Assembly: GCA_964057225.1 (NCBI GenBank)
Contig: OZ059899.1
Span: forward strand, 11,842,001 to 11,906,000
Source: Auanema rhodensis
Taxonomy: Eukaryota > Animalia > Nematoda
Direction of reading: 5' to 3'
Length of the DNA stretch: 64,000 nucleotides
The notes below the pieces were generated by a model. That model ran no database searches. It was given only the letters and a program-made list of their open reading frames with translations, and had not been told where the DNA came from. A program made the translations under genes and the position numbers. Of this stretch, positions 1 through 14,014 are shown in pieces. Positions within the stretch are counted from its first letter, which is position 1. Each line of letters starts with the position of its first letter.

Positions 1-211
1 CGTCATGCTGTATTCTTTTCAGTTTCTACGAAAAGTTTATTAGTGAATAACAAATCTAACTATCCATGTACTATTTCAAAGGCATCGACTTACTTTTCAT
101 TTAATTATTGTAGTGGTTAGTTGAAGGTCAATTTTAAACTGAAAACTCCAACTACCAAGTTCCAAATGAGTTTAAGTTTCAGTAATGTGCTAATAACATT
201 GCGGAACTTAC

Positions 212-246
212 TATATAAGATGTGGCAGTTTTTGATCTGAATCAGT
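212..246 (+). promoter_or_regulatory. TATA box plus initiator of the collagen gene
   Basis: TATATAA at 212-218 and TCAGT (Inr-like) at 242-246, ~30 nt downstream and 10 nt before the ATG at 256. Confidence 0.6.
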
Positions 247-255
247 TGCTCAGCA

Positions 256-1271
256 ATGGGTGTCAAAACACTAATTTCTGTTACTGCTTCCGTAACAGCA
301 ATCACTACTGTTTTCTGCCTATTCACCGTTGGGCAAATTTTCTTCGAAATAAACAATTTCTATGATGATGCCCTCAAGGAGCTTGATAACTTCAAGGTAA
401 TAATGTTTCTGTTCTTTTCTTACCTGAAGTGTATTGGTTCAGGATGTTGCCAACTCCGCTTGGCACGAAATGAAGCCAGCATCTTATGCTCGTGAACGTC
501 GATCCGCATATGCCCAAAAGAGACAAGTTGTTATTCCTGGACTTTTCCCAGGGGTACTCCCAGGTGGTGGAACTTGCCAATGCGCTGCTCAAGCTAATAA
601 CTGCCCAGCTGGACCACCAGGACCAACAGGACAACCAGGACTGGTAAGGATAACGATAATATGCATAAGTATAACGTCAATTTTAGCCTGGAGATAGAGG
701 ACTCGATGGTCTCCCTGGTAAAAATGGAATTCCAGGTATTGCTCAAGTTCCTGGAATTCCTCAAGGAGAATGCATCACTTGCCCAATGGGTCCAGAAGGA
801 CCTCGTGGTCCAGATGGACCTTTAGGACCTCCAGGACCAGACGGATTCCCAGGAGTTCCAGGAAACGGACCAGGAGGAATTGGCGAGCCAGGACCACCAG
901 GATTACCAGGAGACCAAGGATTCGATGGTACCCCAGGAATGAATGGACTCCCTGGTACCCCAGGAAAGCCAGGAATTCGTGTTCGCGGAGCTCCTGGACC
1001 ACCAGGACCAATTGGACCAATCGGACCACGAGGATCAAATGGAAGTAATGGAGAAAATGCCGGACCAGGATCACCAGGAGCTCCCGGAGCCCCAGGACAA
1101 TCAGGACACAACGGTACTCCAGGACTTCCAGGAATACCAGGAAATCCAGGAATACCTGGTGCTCCAGGAGCAGATGCTGCTTATTGTCCTTGCCCACATC
1201 GTTCTAGCAATATGTTCGGAGCCAAAGTTCGTGCTGTGAAGAGAAAGGTCGTCAGACGTTTCAAGCAATAA
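256..1271 (+). CDS. Nematode cuticle collagen (3 exons: ~256-397, 443-642, ~687-1271)
   Basis: N-terminal hydrophobic anchor, Col_cuticle_N-like '[26 protein letters not shown]', RERR furin-type site, [13 protein letters not shown], interrupted Gly-X-Y repeats, C-terminal AAYCPCP. GT-AG introns in compatible phase. AATAAA at ~1309. Confidence 0.95.
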
Positions 1272-2521
1272 TTCTCCCGCGTCTTTGTTTGTATCAGTTT
1301 TGTGGTGAAATAAATATTTTGGCACAATACTATGAATTGGAGTTTATTCTTAATTTTACAGGCAATTTGTAATAATAATTTTGAAATCATAGATTTAGTT
1401 GTCGAACTCAATATCTCGTTCCGTTGACATGGATAAAGCTGCTGAATTGTATTCTTCTTCAGTAGATGAGTGCTAAAATAATAAAAACTACGAGGAACTA
1501 TAATTCGAATAATACTTTTTTTGATTTGCGATGGGATTTTCGTCGTGATTTATTCAAAATAGATTGTGATAGTTTTATGATACGAACAGTTGGAGCAGTC
1601 TTAGGCAAATCAAATTGTCGAATTTGAAGGCGTTGTCTGAAGAGAGAGAAAGGGAGAAAAAAAGAAGATAAGGGAAATAGATGGAACCTACGATGTACTA
1701 GCTGGATCGTTTTTTTGAGCACGAATTGGTAGGAAAAAGTGAATGGAGAGAAGGAGCAGAAACATCAAGTATACTTCTCTCATTGTGTATTGCTACTAAG
1801 ATCGCTAATAATCTTTAGTTTGGAAAGGAAGAACAACCGACAACCGGCTAAGAACGGGCTTTTTCTATCTAAAGAAAGGGTGGTGTTTTCAAATAAATTC
1901 TTGAATACCAAACCCAATCATACACACACATACACACACCGGGACAGGAGAACTTTACATCTATATTACAAACGTCATTGATGAAAAAGGAGTGAAAGCA
2001 TTCTGTTCTTCTGATATAATTGAAAAATTTCTTGTTAAAATAAAAGAGAGAATTCCTATATATTTTAACTTAAAGTGTTGAAATATCTTGTTTAAGCTAG
2101 TTGATTATGAACAGAAGGGATATGGGAAGCAAGGCATTTTTCTCTTACTTTTATCCTTGGCATTGGTTGAGACAACATGATGCTGTCGTCTTATACCACA
2201 TAAACCAAATGCTTGTGTGTGTGTGTGTGTGTATGCTGTAAAGTGTAGTCAGTCAGTTGAACATATTTACTTGATCGTCATTTCTTTCATTTCCAAGAAA
2301 GTTATTACAAAAATATGGATAAAAGTTTTATTAACTGTCTTAAGAGAATACTTCATCTTGTAAATTTAAGAAAAGAAGGAAAAAACATAAAATTTGAAAT
2401 TGTTGGTGTGTGATGGAAATCTGTGATGTTGTAGTAGGAGAGAATGTCTAAAAGCAAATTTTCTAAAAATATAGAAAATATGCTTTCCATTCACTTACAA
2501 ACTGATTATTTACACGTTGAT

Positions 2522-4230
2522 TTAATCGGATTCTCCAGCCATCAACTCCCAGAATTCTGAAAAAACAAAGAATTTAGTTTTGATATGTCATAGGCTATAT
2601 TCTGCTAAATTATTTAATATTTCAAGATATGTACGAACCCTCAAATTCAATCTTTCCAGAACCGTCCTCGTCGATTTCGTCGACAGCCTCTTCGAGTTGT
2701 TGATCGGTGAGGTCATCGGCGATTTCCTTGAGGAGGGATTTAAGGGTTGGTCGGGAAATGTATCCGTTTCCCTATAAATACAGTTTATTATTGAAATCAA
2801 AAAGTAAATTACTGACTTCCTTATCGAAAAGACGGAAAGCTTCACGGAGTTCTTTCTCAAGGGTTTCCTTATCAACTGTGTTAGCTACAGTATAAACAAG
2901 GGCACAGAATTCATCGAATTCGAGCTTTCCGGAACCGTCAGCATCGAATTTACGGACCAACTTACGCAGGGTCTGAAAGTATAAGTTAGATGTTAAAGCC
3001 TTGTCTCTATTCCTCGATGCTCATTTATCTTGAAAATAATTCTCTCGTAATAAGAAAAGTAAAATGCTATAGTTTAGTTAGAAAACGATTTGGATTGTTC
3101 AAAAAAGCGTGCATTGACAGCTGACGAATGTCGGATCACTCTTCAAAACATTGTGCAACTGTTGAAGAAGGTGGCACAAGCAAAAACTTTGAGAATGTTA
3201 AAAGATTGAAAACATATCAAACATTGGTTTGTATTACTTTTCAGCCCACGTGAGTACAAATCTTTGAGAATAGAAAGTTTTCAACTACTCCTTGGCGAAA
3301 CTACTATTTTAAAAATAATTTGAGTTCTTTGAATACATTTTCAAAGCAAAATTGCTATTTCAACGCAAAATCTACCTTCTCGTCGAAGTCCTGTTCCATG
3401 CCGTGCATGATTTGGCCGATCTGAGTGGCCATGATGTATCCTTGCTTTCCACGATCGAAAGCATCGAAGAACTTTTGGTATTCTGAACGGCTTTTGATGA
3501 GAACATAGCATTCAAGATTTTATAAAAATATTTTTATTTCTTTAGTTAGGAAAGAATTTATTTGTAAAATTATAAACAGATGGCCTTACCTTCGATTTGG
3601 GATCCGTCGATCTCAGCAAGAATCTCTTCAATATCCTCAGCCTTAAAGTAATTTTATTGTATCATTGATCAATAAAGGATATTGTTTTAATCATATTAAT
3701 ATTATTTCCTAAATATATTTATCTACTCGCTTTCAAAAAGCTTCTGCTTCTCTCAGATGTGGCAGCTGCCGCTTCACTGTTTTACACACGACTACCGTTG
3801 TAACACAGCCGGGACCTAGTGAAAGGCAAAAACAGCCAGCTTAGTGAAGCAGAATAGAATCAAAATACTGATTTTAACGTGTTCCTCTATCAGGTTTCAC
3901 CATATATGGCTGAGGAACACAGATATATGAGAAATTGAGAGAATTTGAGGAAAAGTTTAAGAAAATTATATTTTTGAAAATAGAAGAAATTTCGAAAAAT
4001 GTGATATCGAAAGAAAATCCCGAAATATTCTAAGAATTTCAAGCAATTGAACAAAACTACTTCTTAAACTATATCAAAGACCGACTATTATTGAAAATCG
4101 ACTAAGGTACAAGCATGGGATACGGTATTTATTTGCAAAAATCAAAATATATTTATATGAGATATGTTTAATCGTATCAAAATCATTTTAACTATTTAAA
4201 TTTAAATAAAGTAAGAGGGCAACTAACCAT
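2522..4230 (-). CDS. pat-10: Troponin C (body-wall muscle), 4 EF-hand protein
   Basis: Spliced translation M|AEDIEEILAEIDGSQIE|EYQKFFDAFDRGKQGYIMATQIGQIMHGMEQDFDEK|TLRKLVRKFDADGSGKLEFDEFCALVYTVANTVDKETLEKELREAFRLFDKE|GNGYISRPTL...GSGKIEFE|EFWELMAGESD*, near-identical to C. elegans PAT-10 as I recall it. First coding exon is the ATG alone (4228-4230). Confidence 0.96.
3754..3909. promoter_or_regulatory. Putative muscle enhancer in pat-10 intron 1: E-boxes plus CArG box
   Basis: CAGATG (3754-3759), CAGCTG (3763-3768) and perfect CC(A/T)6GG CArG box CCATATATGG (3900-3909). These match bHLH (HLH-1/MyoD) and SRF (UNC-120) consensus sites. Confidence 0.55.
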
Positions 4231-4804
4231 GGTGTCTGCGGTGTGAGCCGAGTGAAGATGAGAGGTATCTAGTAGGAGGCGGAGTTGAGGAAACAGCACA
4301 GATGCCTTGAGGCGATTCCTGGTGTTGTGGGGGCGGTAAACCGACAGAACTGAGAATCGGGACGCTTCTTTACAACGAAACAATGCTTCTTCTCCCCCTC
4401 AATCTATTCCCATCATATAAGAAAAAGTAGGACCCGGCAACAGATGCGACCGAAATATCAGTAGGATCAGAGATATCCAGAGAAATTAACATTGCCACTG
4501 AGGGAAGAAGTAAAAACGGGAGGGTGTAAGAGAATAGACGATCAGCATTATCTGTAGATGATCATTTCAGAGCATTGAAAGATACTCTTCACTATCGCAT
4601 TTTTGAGGGTTTGCATCTACAATAACGGCTAGTTGGCAAGTTTTCATGGGCTAAAAACTAAAATAATGATTAAAAGCATCCCTAACTGTACTCGGAATTG
4701 AAAGAAAACTATGACTTATAGATTTTAGAAAGAATAATGTGGCAAAATATAATAATTATTATGAAATGTAAACTTATTTACACATTTCAGTAAGTTCCGC
4801 AGTT

Positions 4805-4875
4805 TTCAAAACTATTTTCCCATAAATTCAAAACATTATTGCGCTCTTTGAAATGGCACATTTCGCGCATTTGAA
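4805..4875. promoter_or_regulatory. E2F site with clustered CHR (TTTGAA) elements, DREAM-type promoter candidate
   Basis: TTCAAA at 4805 and 4827, TTTGAA at 4847 and 4870, TTTCGCGC at 4861-4868; ~130 nt upstream of the ATG at 5004. Confidence 0.4.
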
Positions 4876-5003
4876 TATGTTATTCACTAGAATAAGTTCA
4901 GTAAGAAGTATTAAAGTAGTTTGTTAATCTTTTCGTATTATAGAAATATTTTTATATTCATAGTTATATAATCATTTTATTATTTTAAAGTATTTCTTAC
5001 GAC

Positions 5004-5658
5004 ATGGATTCTTACGAAACTTATATATCTCGAAAAGCAGAGGAATGTATAAATAATCATGAAAAGGATGTAGGAATATTAAGATATATTTGATAATATC
5101 TTATATTTGAAGATAGAAATTCCATATCATCAAAGTTGTGAGAAGGTTTTTGATGATACCATATTTATATTCGGTAATTCTTCAACAGCACAAGTTCTTC
5201 AAATATCGGATCACCTATGCCTTAATATCAAATATCAAAAACCGAAAAACTTTGAATTCGAAGGTTAATGTCATATTTATTATATTGTATTTATACTAAT
5301 TCTTTTAAAGATAGAATGCGAAACTTCTTATCATATCCAAGAAGTTCTGCTGGAAGTTATATAGTCCTGCATTTTATTTTACATCACTGTGCATCTGAAC
5401 CTATTTGCCCAATATGTTTGAAACCAATGGAAAACTGTGAACTATTTCAACAAATCTTCTTTGATAAAGATATTTTGAGAGGTATTCTTTATGTATAATT
5501 ACTGTTTATTTCAATTATATTCACTAGTTTGTCCAACGTGCTATGAAAAAGATAGCAGTTACGACTATGTTGGAACACAATGCTTCAAAGAGTTAGCTGC
5601 CTTAGTCTTGGAGCATTGGGAATTTAAGAGAGCGGGTGTGACAACATTGATTATATAA
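5004..5658 (+). CDS. Uncharacterised 172-aa protein with a CxxC-x22-CxxC (C4 zinc-ribbon-like) motif
   Basis: Four exons (5004-5069, 5113-5263, 5311-5481, 5528-5658) joined by 43-47 nt GT-AG introns give 519 nt in frame. Contains CPICLKPMENCELFQQIFFDKDILRVCPTC. AATAAA immediately after the stop. Confidence 0.7.
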
Positions 5659-6281
5659 TAAATCAAAATACTATATGAAGAATATCTGAAATTGGGAAAA
5701 TAAATTTTTCACAGATCACTGATATTATTCAATTAAACCATTCTTTTATTTTTAAAAAAAATGAAAGAAAAGGAATTGAACCAATATTTCGGAACGCTAT
5801 TCAACTTAGTTTCACGCTATCCGTTCTCACTATACATGATAGCCATTGTATATATATTCTATAACATGCATATAGCGAACATATCAAAACTAGTATGAGT
5901 ATTATTAATAAGAATATTAATAAACTTATTAAATAACTTACAATTATACAATTATACAACAGTACAACTTTATTGTTTGCTTAACCGTTTTATATTAAAA
6001 TCGCAACAGTATAATCTAAAATAACATTTCTTTCATTTTACAACTTTGGTCAACAATATTGGGTATTTAATAGTTGATACACATCGCAACTCCAGCAGAT
6101 ATGCTCTTTCTTGTATTAAAGCTTCATGGCATAGCATCGTTTTGCGTACACGAAAAGTTGCGTATATATTTACTTCTATTTTAATTTGTACTTTATTAAT
6201 ATTAAACTAGCTTTTAATAGTTTTATAGGTAGTTATAATACTGAATTGACTTGTGCAGTGCAGTGTATTCATTTCAGATAT

Positions 6282-8573
<2,292 letters not shown>

Positions 8574-8720
8574 TTATGCAGCAACGTTTGTTAATAAATT
8601 TTAGCTATTTGTAATAAATATTTAATTCTGTAAAACATTAAGTTCAAAGTATCAGTAATAATTCTGATAATTTATCTTTCTTTTAATGAAATTTTTCATT
8701 ATTTAAATCTTCGATCATAG

Positions 8721-11700
8721 ATGGATGTAGATAGTTGTATACGAGAAAACATATCATGGCAAAAATTACCTGAAGATGTACGTATTTTGTTGGGAAATGC
8801 TCAAAGAGAATATGATAAGTTAGTTTTGGAATATTCAATCAAAAATCAGCTACGTTATAGAGGAAATCTCGGTAATTTTATTTTGTATTCAAACTCTTTA
8901 TAAGTTTAATAATTTGCTTAGTTCGTCATGTGAAGAAAAATGAAGAAACATATTACGACATGGTCATGAAGTATAGCGAAAGTCATCTCATGCTGTTCCC
9001 TTATCACTTAGCCGATATCATAGTTAAAGAATTAAGGATTACACCTTTTAACTACTATACAAATATTATAGTTGTAAGTTAATTCTTTTTATTTATTCAA
9101 ATTGTATATATTACTTGTAGGAAATGATAAACTCTGAAAAGTCTTATGACTCTTTGCCTAACTTTACTGCTGCGGATGCTATGAGACTTCTTGGTATTGG
9201 TAGGAATCAATATATTGATTTGGTTAATCAAAATAGGTAAATAATTATTTTAATAATTATTTAAATGCTCATTGATGTATAAATTCAGATCAAATCGCAA
9301 ATTTTTACGAAGAAACAAATCTATTCGGGAATTGCTGCCTCCTAAGCCTGCGAAGGCTAGTGTTGAACCATGGTGGACTGTATGTGTTGGTAATGTGCTT
9401 GAATCAGATATTAAGGTGGATTTTGAGAATTATTGTCTTTAATCCAGCGAAACATTGTAGAACTTGAGTGATGATGAGCGACGAGTTCTGGATTCATTAT
9501 TCGATCAAGGCTCCAAATCAGCCGGATATCTTCCTGTTCCTATTATTCATCAATTATTCAATCGTGGCTTAGTGTACTTCGATGTTCCTGTTCATGGTTC
9601 AGATTACGTTTATGGTATGACGGAAAAGTAATAAATGAAACTGATTTATAATAATTATAGTTGCACCTTTGGACGGATTTGTAATGAACAGAGTTCTTGG
9701 AGATTACTTCGAGACACTTCTCTACAAAGTTTTTGTAGCTATTGATGAACAAACAAGTGTATCCGAAGTTTGTGATTTTTGAATCTTTTTATTGCCTACA
9801 AACTATTCGTTTATTATTTTTCTTATTGATTTTTTTAGATGGCTGAGATGCTTCACATTGATTTGCAAATCGTATGTACTGCGATTTCTGTATTTTGTCG
9901 ATTGGGATTCGCAAGGAAAAGAGTAACTGGTATGCATAGCTTAAATCTTCAATATTGAGACTAAAAGATAAAAAGTTGTGTTCGAACGATTTATTCATAT
10001 AAATTTCATTGAATGCAACCAGGTTAAATTACTTTACCAGTTAGAATGAAAGATTTGACGTGACGCACGCTTTTCGCTAATAATTCAAATTTATGAGGCA
10101 ATTAGCTGAGTTAATCTAAATTTGTAGTATATAATAATAAGCGTCCAATATAGTAATTAAATTCTTTTTTTAGGTATGGAAAATTCTCTGTCTAAACTTC
10201 ACTATTCATGGGCCTTACTGATTACTTCCCCATCTTCTCCTAATCCGTAAAAACACTTTAATTTATGCTTGTAAAATCTCTTGTTTTTTTGAAGACCTGA
10301 GGTGCTCTCGCCATTATCCACTGACGTCGGAACTATTAATTTGATTGAAGAGATGATAGAAGATGACAGTTTGGATGCCTTGGAAAATAGCATTGGAGGA
10401 CTTAATACTAAGGAACTGGTGAATTTAAAATAATAATTGCCACTGTACTTCTACTCTTCTTCAAGGTTATTTCTCAGCCTTCTTCCGATGTATCGTCTTC
10501 CGGAGGTCGTGCTGCATTCTTATTTGATTCTTTTTTGGCAGCATTTCTTATGATGGGAAATTTGTCGACTTCTTTGAAGGTGTGATAGAAAAAGTTTAGT
10601 CAATAAATCTTTATAACAGGGTCATGCGGTCACTCTATTCGAAGTAGGGAAGTTAGCTGATGAGCAAATGGGTGATTTTATGGATCTCTTAGAATCTGTA
10701 TGGTTTTCATTAAATTAAATTTAAATGAAAGATCTATAGGTTAATCGCTTTGGTGAGGGTGAAGCTCAGCGATATTCTGAGCATGCTGTTGCTTTATTGG
10801 ATTCCCTCCGAAGCTTAAAGCGTGGTCGAGAAGTTGATTTACTCCGTGGTGAAAGTTTGTTGTCGTTAGATTCTCAGAGTCGCATGAGAGTTCTAGCCAA
10901 AGCCTACAGGTTTGCTACTTTGTGTTTATAAACTTATTTCTAATATTTTACAGCATTGTTGTCGCTATGGCTCCTTTAAGCTTCGATGCTTGTACTCTAC
11001 CCATCTCTTCTATACCATTCATAGGACCTCCTATGCCCGAAGTATGATTTGATTTTTCACACCTTTTTTGAATTTTCTCATTACAGGCTTGCTCACCTTG
11101 GTTCCGTTTAGCTATGTCAGTGCTAACTGGATCTGGTCCTGCGAGTGCATACTTTCCAAGAGGTTATCGGCTAACCCGTTTGCCAGAACTTTTGGTTGCA
11201 AGCCCTCGACTTCATGTTTCTTCATCTAATCATGAGCCTCAATTACTGAGCACTTATAATGCCCTTTTGGCATTGAATGATATGTTGACAACATCTGCTC
11301 TCTTTGTCCAGGTTTCTGCATTTCGTTGAAAATAATCTTAACTCTTTGCTTTAGTCTTATCCACCAAATTCCAAAGAAGAAGAATTGGTTTATGTCCCAT
11401 TTCCATTTGAAGAAAGTGAAAAAGAAGATTCAGGTTTTTATAAACAATGCTCCTGTAAAACTGTTTAACTTCATAGATGCTTTATCCAACCATCCAGCGA
11501 TCAAAGTTTTGGCCGATAGAATAGGCTTGAACTCATTGTGTGGATATGTTGTCTTGTTAAGAACCAATGTTACACCTTGTGCTGTTGAAAAGAATATTGC
11601 AGCATTTGATGGCTCACCTAAGAAAGAACCTGACACTGTCATCAGGTTTTTTAAATATGCATAACCAAGAGATTTACATCATTTTTAGGTCTCTGCCGGC

Positions 11701-12400
11701 CGGTTGTACATTTGATGATTTTCTTCTACATGATTGTATTTTTGGAATACCTTTATTTAATTCTCGACTTAACCACATAATCTGTGAAAGAGCTACAGCC
11801 AAAGGAATTCTAGAGTCTGCTAAGTGAGTTTCTTTTGAAATATCATATAAAATGCTGTTTGAATGACGCATCATCATCATCATTAGCTGCATAGAGCTTG
11901 TATGTCGTTGTTGATTACTTCAAAAAGGCGATACGAATTCATTAATACTTAATAGCTCTCTATATCTGCATACTAATGCTTGAACTTTAGCCCTTCATTA
12001 TAGTAAAAAATGATATAACCGACATTTGCCTAGTTAAATCGAGATTATTCTCAGCAGCTTATACTCTCAGTATCTTAATACTATATCAGTTTATTATCCT
12101 TTTTAGCCGTACCAATATTCAGTTCGCGAATAAAGCTGTTGTTGAGCTTATTCAGGATATGTTGACAAACTACAATTTCGGAATAGTTGATGTGAGTCCG
12201 CCTACTATTGCCTTTGCATTTACATTTTAAGAAATCATTGATAGTATACTAGATTTTAGAACCACAATTCCATATTTGTTCATCATACAATTGATTTTTT
12301 TCAGAGTGGGTTCAGTGACGTTGAACCTCGCCGAGTAGAGGTTGTGCCTCCAGTGCAACTGATCAGATACGATCCAACTACGAAAGCGATTGTGATCTAG
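8721..12400 (+). CDS. FAM91A1: FAM91A1 homolog (endosome-to-Golgi trafficking), multi-exon
   Basis: Characteristic N-terminus '[15 protein letters not shown]...[17 protein letters not shown]...[10 protein letters not shown]...RITPFNYY', plus '[27 protein letters not shown]', '[24 protein letters not shown]', 'CRLGFARK', 'FLMMGNLS', 'FGIPLF'. Stop TAG at 12398-12400. Confidence 0.92.
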
Positions 12401-13981
12401 TCAAAGATAATCTTGTTATTCTTATCCACGTTGCAAGACATATTACATTCAAATGTTATCTATGGTAATTCATTATGTTCATGATGGGTTGCATGGCCTT
12501 TTTCTATTTTCCAGCAGTCCTCATCTAATTATGAGCATCTCATTCCTTCCAATCATCCTTTTAATTGCTTTTTTTGGCAATTATAGTTAGTCATTATAAT
12601 TCACAATTTGTCGGATTTTGAAGAAAAAGGCTTGAAAATATTTGTTTTAGATTGCTAATCACTAAATTTACACTAATTGCCGTAGATTCTATAGCTATAG
12701 TTTCAATGCCTCATAACTTGCACCGATTATACATGTTTTACCTTCATTTTTTTCGCTTTATCTTCATTGTTCAGCCATTTTGCTACCACGTCCTCATTTG
12801 ACCTTGTGTGTAATGGGGAAATACAGCAAACTAGGGTTAGCCTCCAGTTCGATAGACAAATCTTATATCCGTAGTTTAGTCAGCCATACATTGACAGTTT
12901 TCTTTCTTTTTTTCCCTAGTTAAACTCAAGAAATTCAATTTTGCTCATGCCCCAGCCATGTGAGATCAATTCTGTTTTTATCTGAGCATTTCAAAAGCCA
13001 TGTTTTCCCTAATATGTCTTCTTTAGCCAATATTAATTGGGTTACTTCGGGCTCAATTAACTCGATTTCTTCCAATCGTAAAAATTTCGTTAGAATTTGC
13101 TCTTTAAATCATCCCAAATCACATTTCCAATCCTTTTTTCTTATCTAGTCTTTTACATATTTGATTTTTCATATTTTTAAAATATTTAAGTTTTAAAGGG
13201 TATATTCTATATTCAACGGTTTAAAATATTTATTTGCGGTGTATATTGAAAATCCTTTGATTATGGTTGTGAAATATAATTATTTTAACTTTCGTATAGT
13301 ATGGTTGTGAATTGTAAATGTTATTTTTTAATTTTTAATTATTATAGCTGAAAACTAGTCATTGTGTTTTATCTTTATTACTAATACCAATGTGCTTTAA
13401 TCATCAAAACTTCTCTTCCTTTTTTTCTGTTTTGCCAGCCATTTTATTCTGATCTATATGCGAGGCACATAAATTTTTAAAGCTATGAGTTAGTACGTAT
13501 CAAATCAAATTTCTCAGTTTTTTTTCGTTTTACTCATCTTTTCCAAAACAATAGTAGTAGTGGTTTTTCAATTTTTCTACTTTTTTTTTCTTTGAAACTC
13601 AATTGGATCCTGACAGTCACTAGTGGAGTGAATTTCTGATCCCCTAAGAGACATCAGCTCTGATCTCCACTTATTTTCACGGCAAGAGTTAAGCTTTTGG
13701 GGTGAACAGAGTCTTGAAAAGATTAATGATGTCGGGTTTGAGACAAAGGAAACGGTCACCCCTTTTTTCAAGTAGGGTGCCTAAGTAAACGAAGGTATTA
13801 AGACGTTTTCAAAGATAAAACTGCAAAACATACCTTATTCATAATTTATTCTAGGATTTTACTTGAAATTAGACATAGATATGTGAATTTTCGTTATTTT
13901 CATATATATAGATGCATGAAAGGGTTGTTCATAATTCTTTCCACGTTTCATAAGTATTTGTTTCTTTCTAATGCGAGTAAA

Positions 13982-13983
<2 letters not shown>

Positions 13984-14012
<29 letters not shown>
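13984..14012. repeat. (GA)n microsatellite
   Basis: Pure GA dinucleotide run. Confidence 0.9.

Positions 14013-14014
<2 letters not shown>

Noticed and set aside
761-1239. Several long antisense and off-frame ORFs over the collagen, including a Gly-Pro-rich minus-strand ORF
   Set aside because: Artefacts of GGA-CCA codon repeats in Gly-X-Y sequence.
11887-11899. AG-CTGCATAGAGCTT-GTATGT possible micro-exon in a FAM91A1 intron
   Set aside because: 13 nt would shift the frame; no other support.
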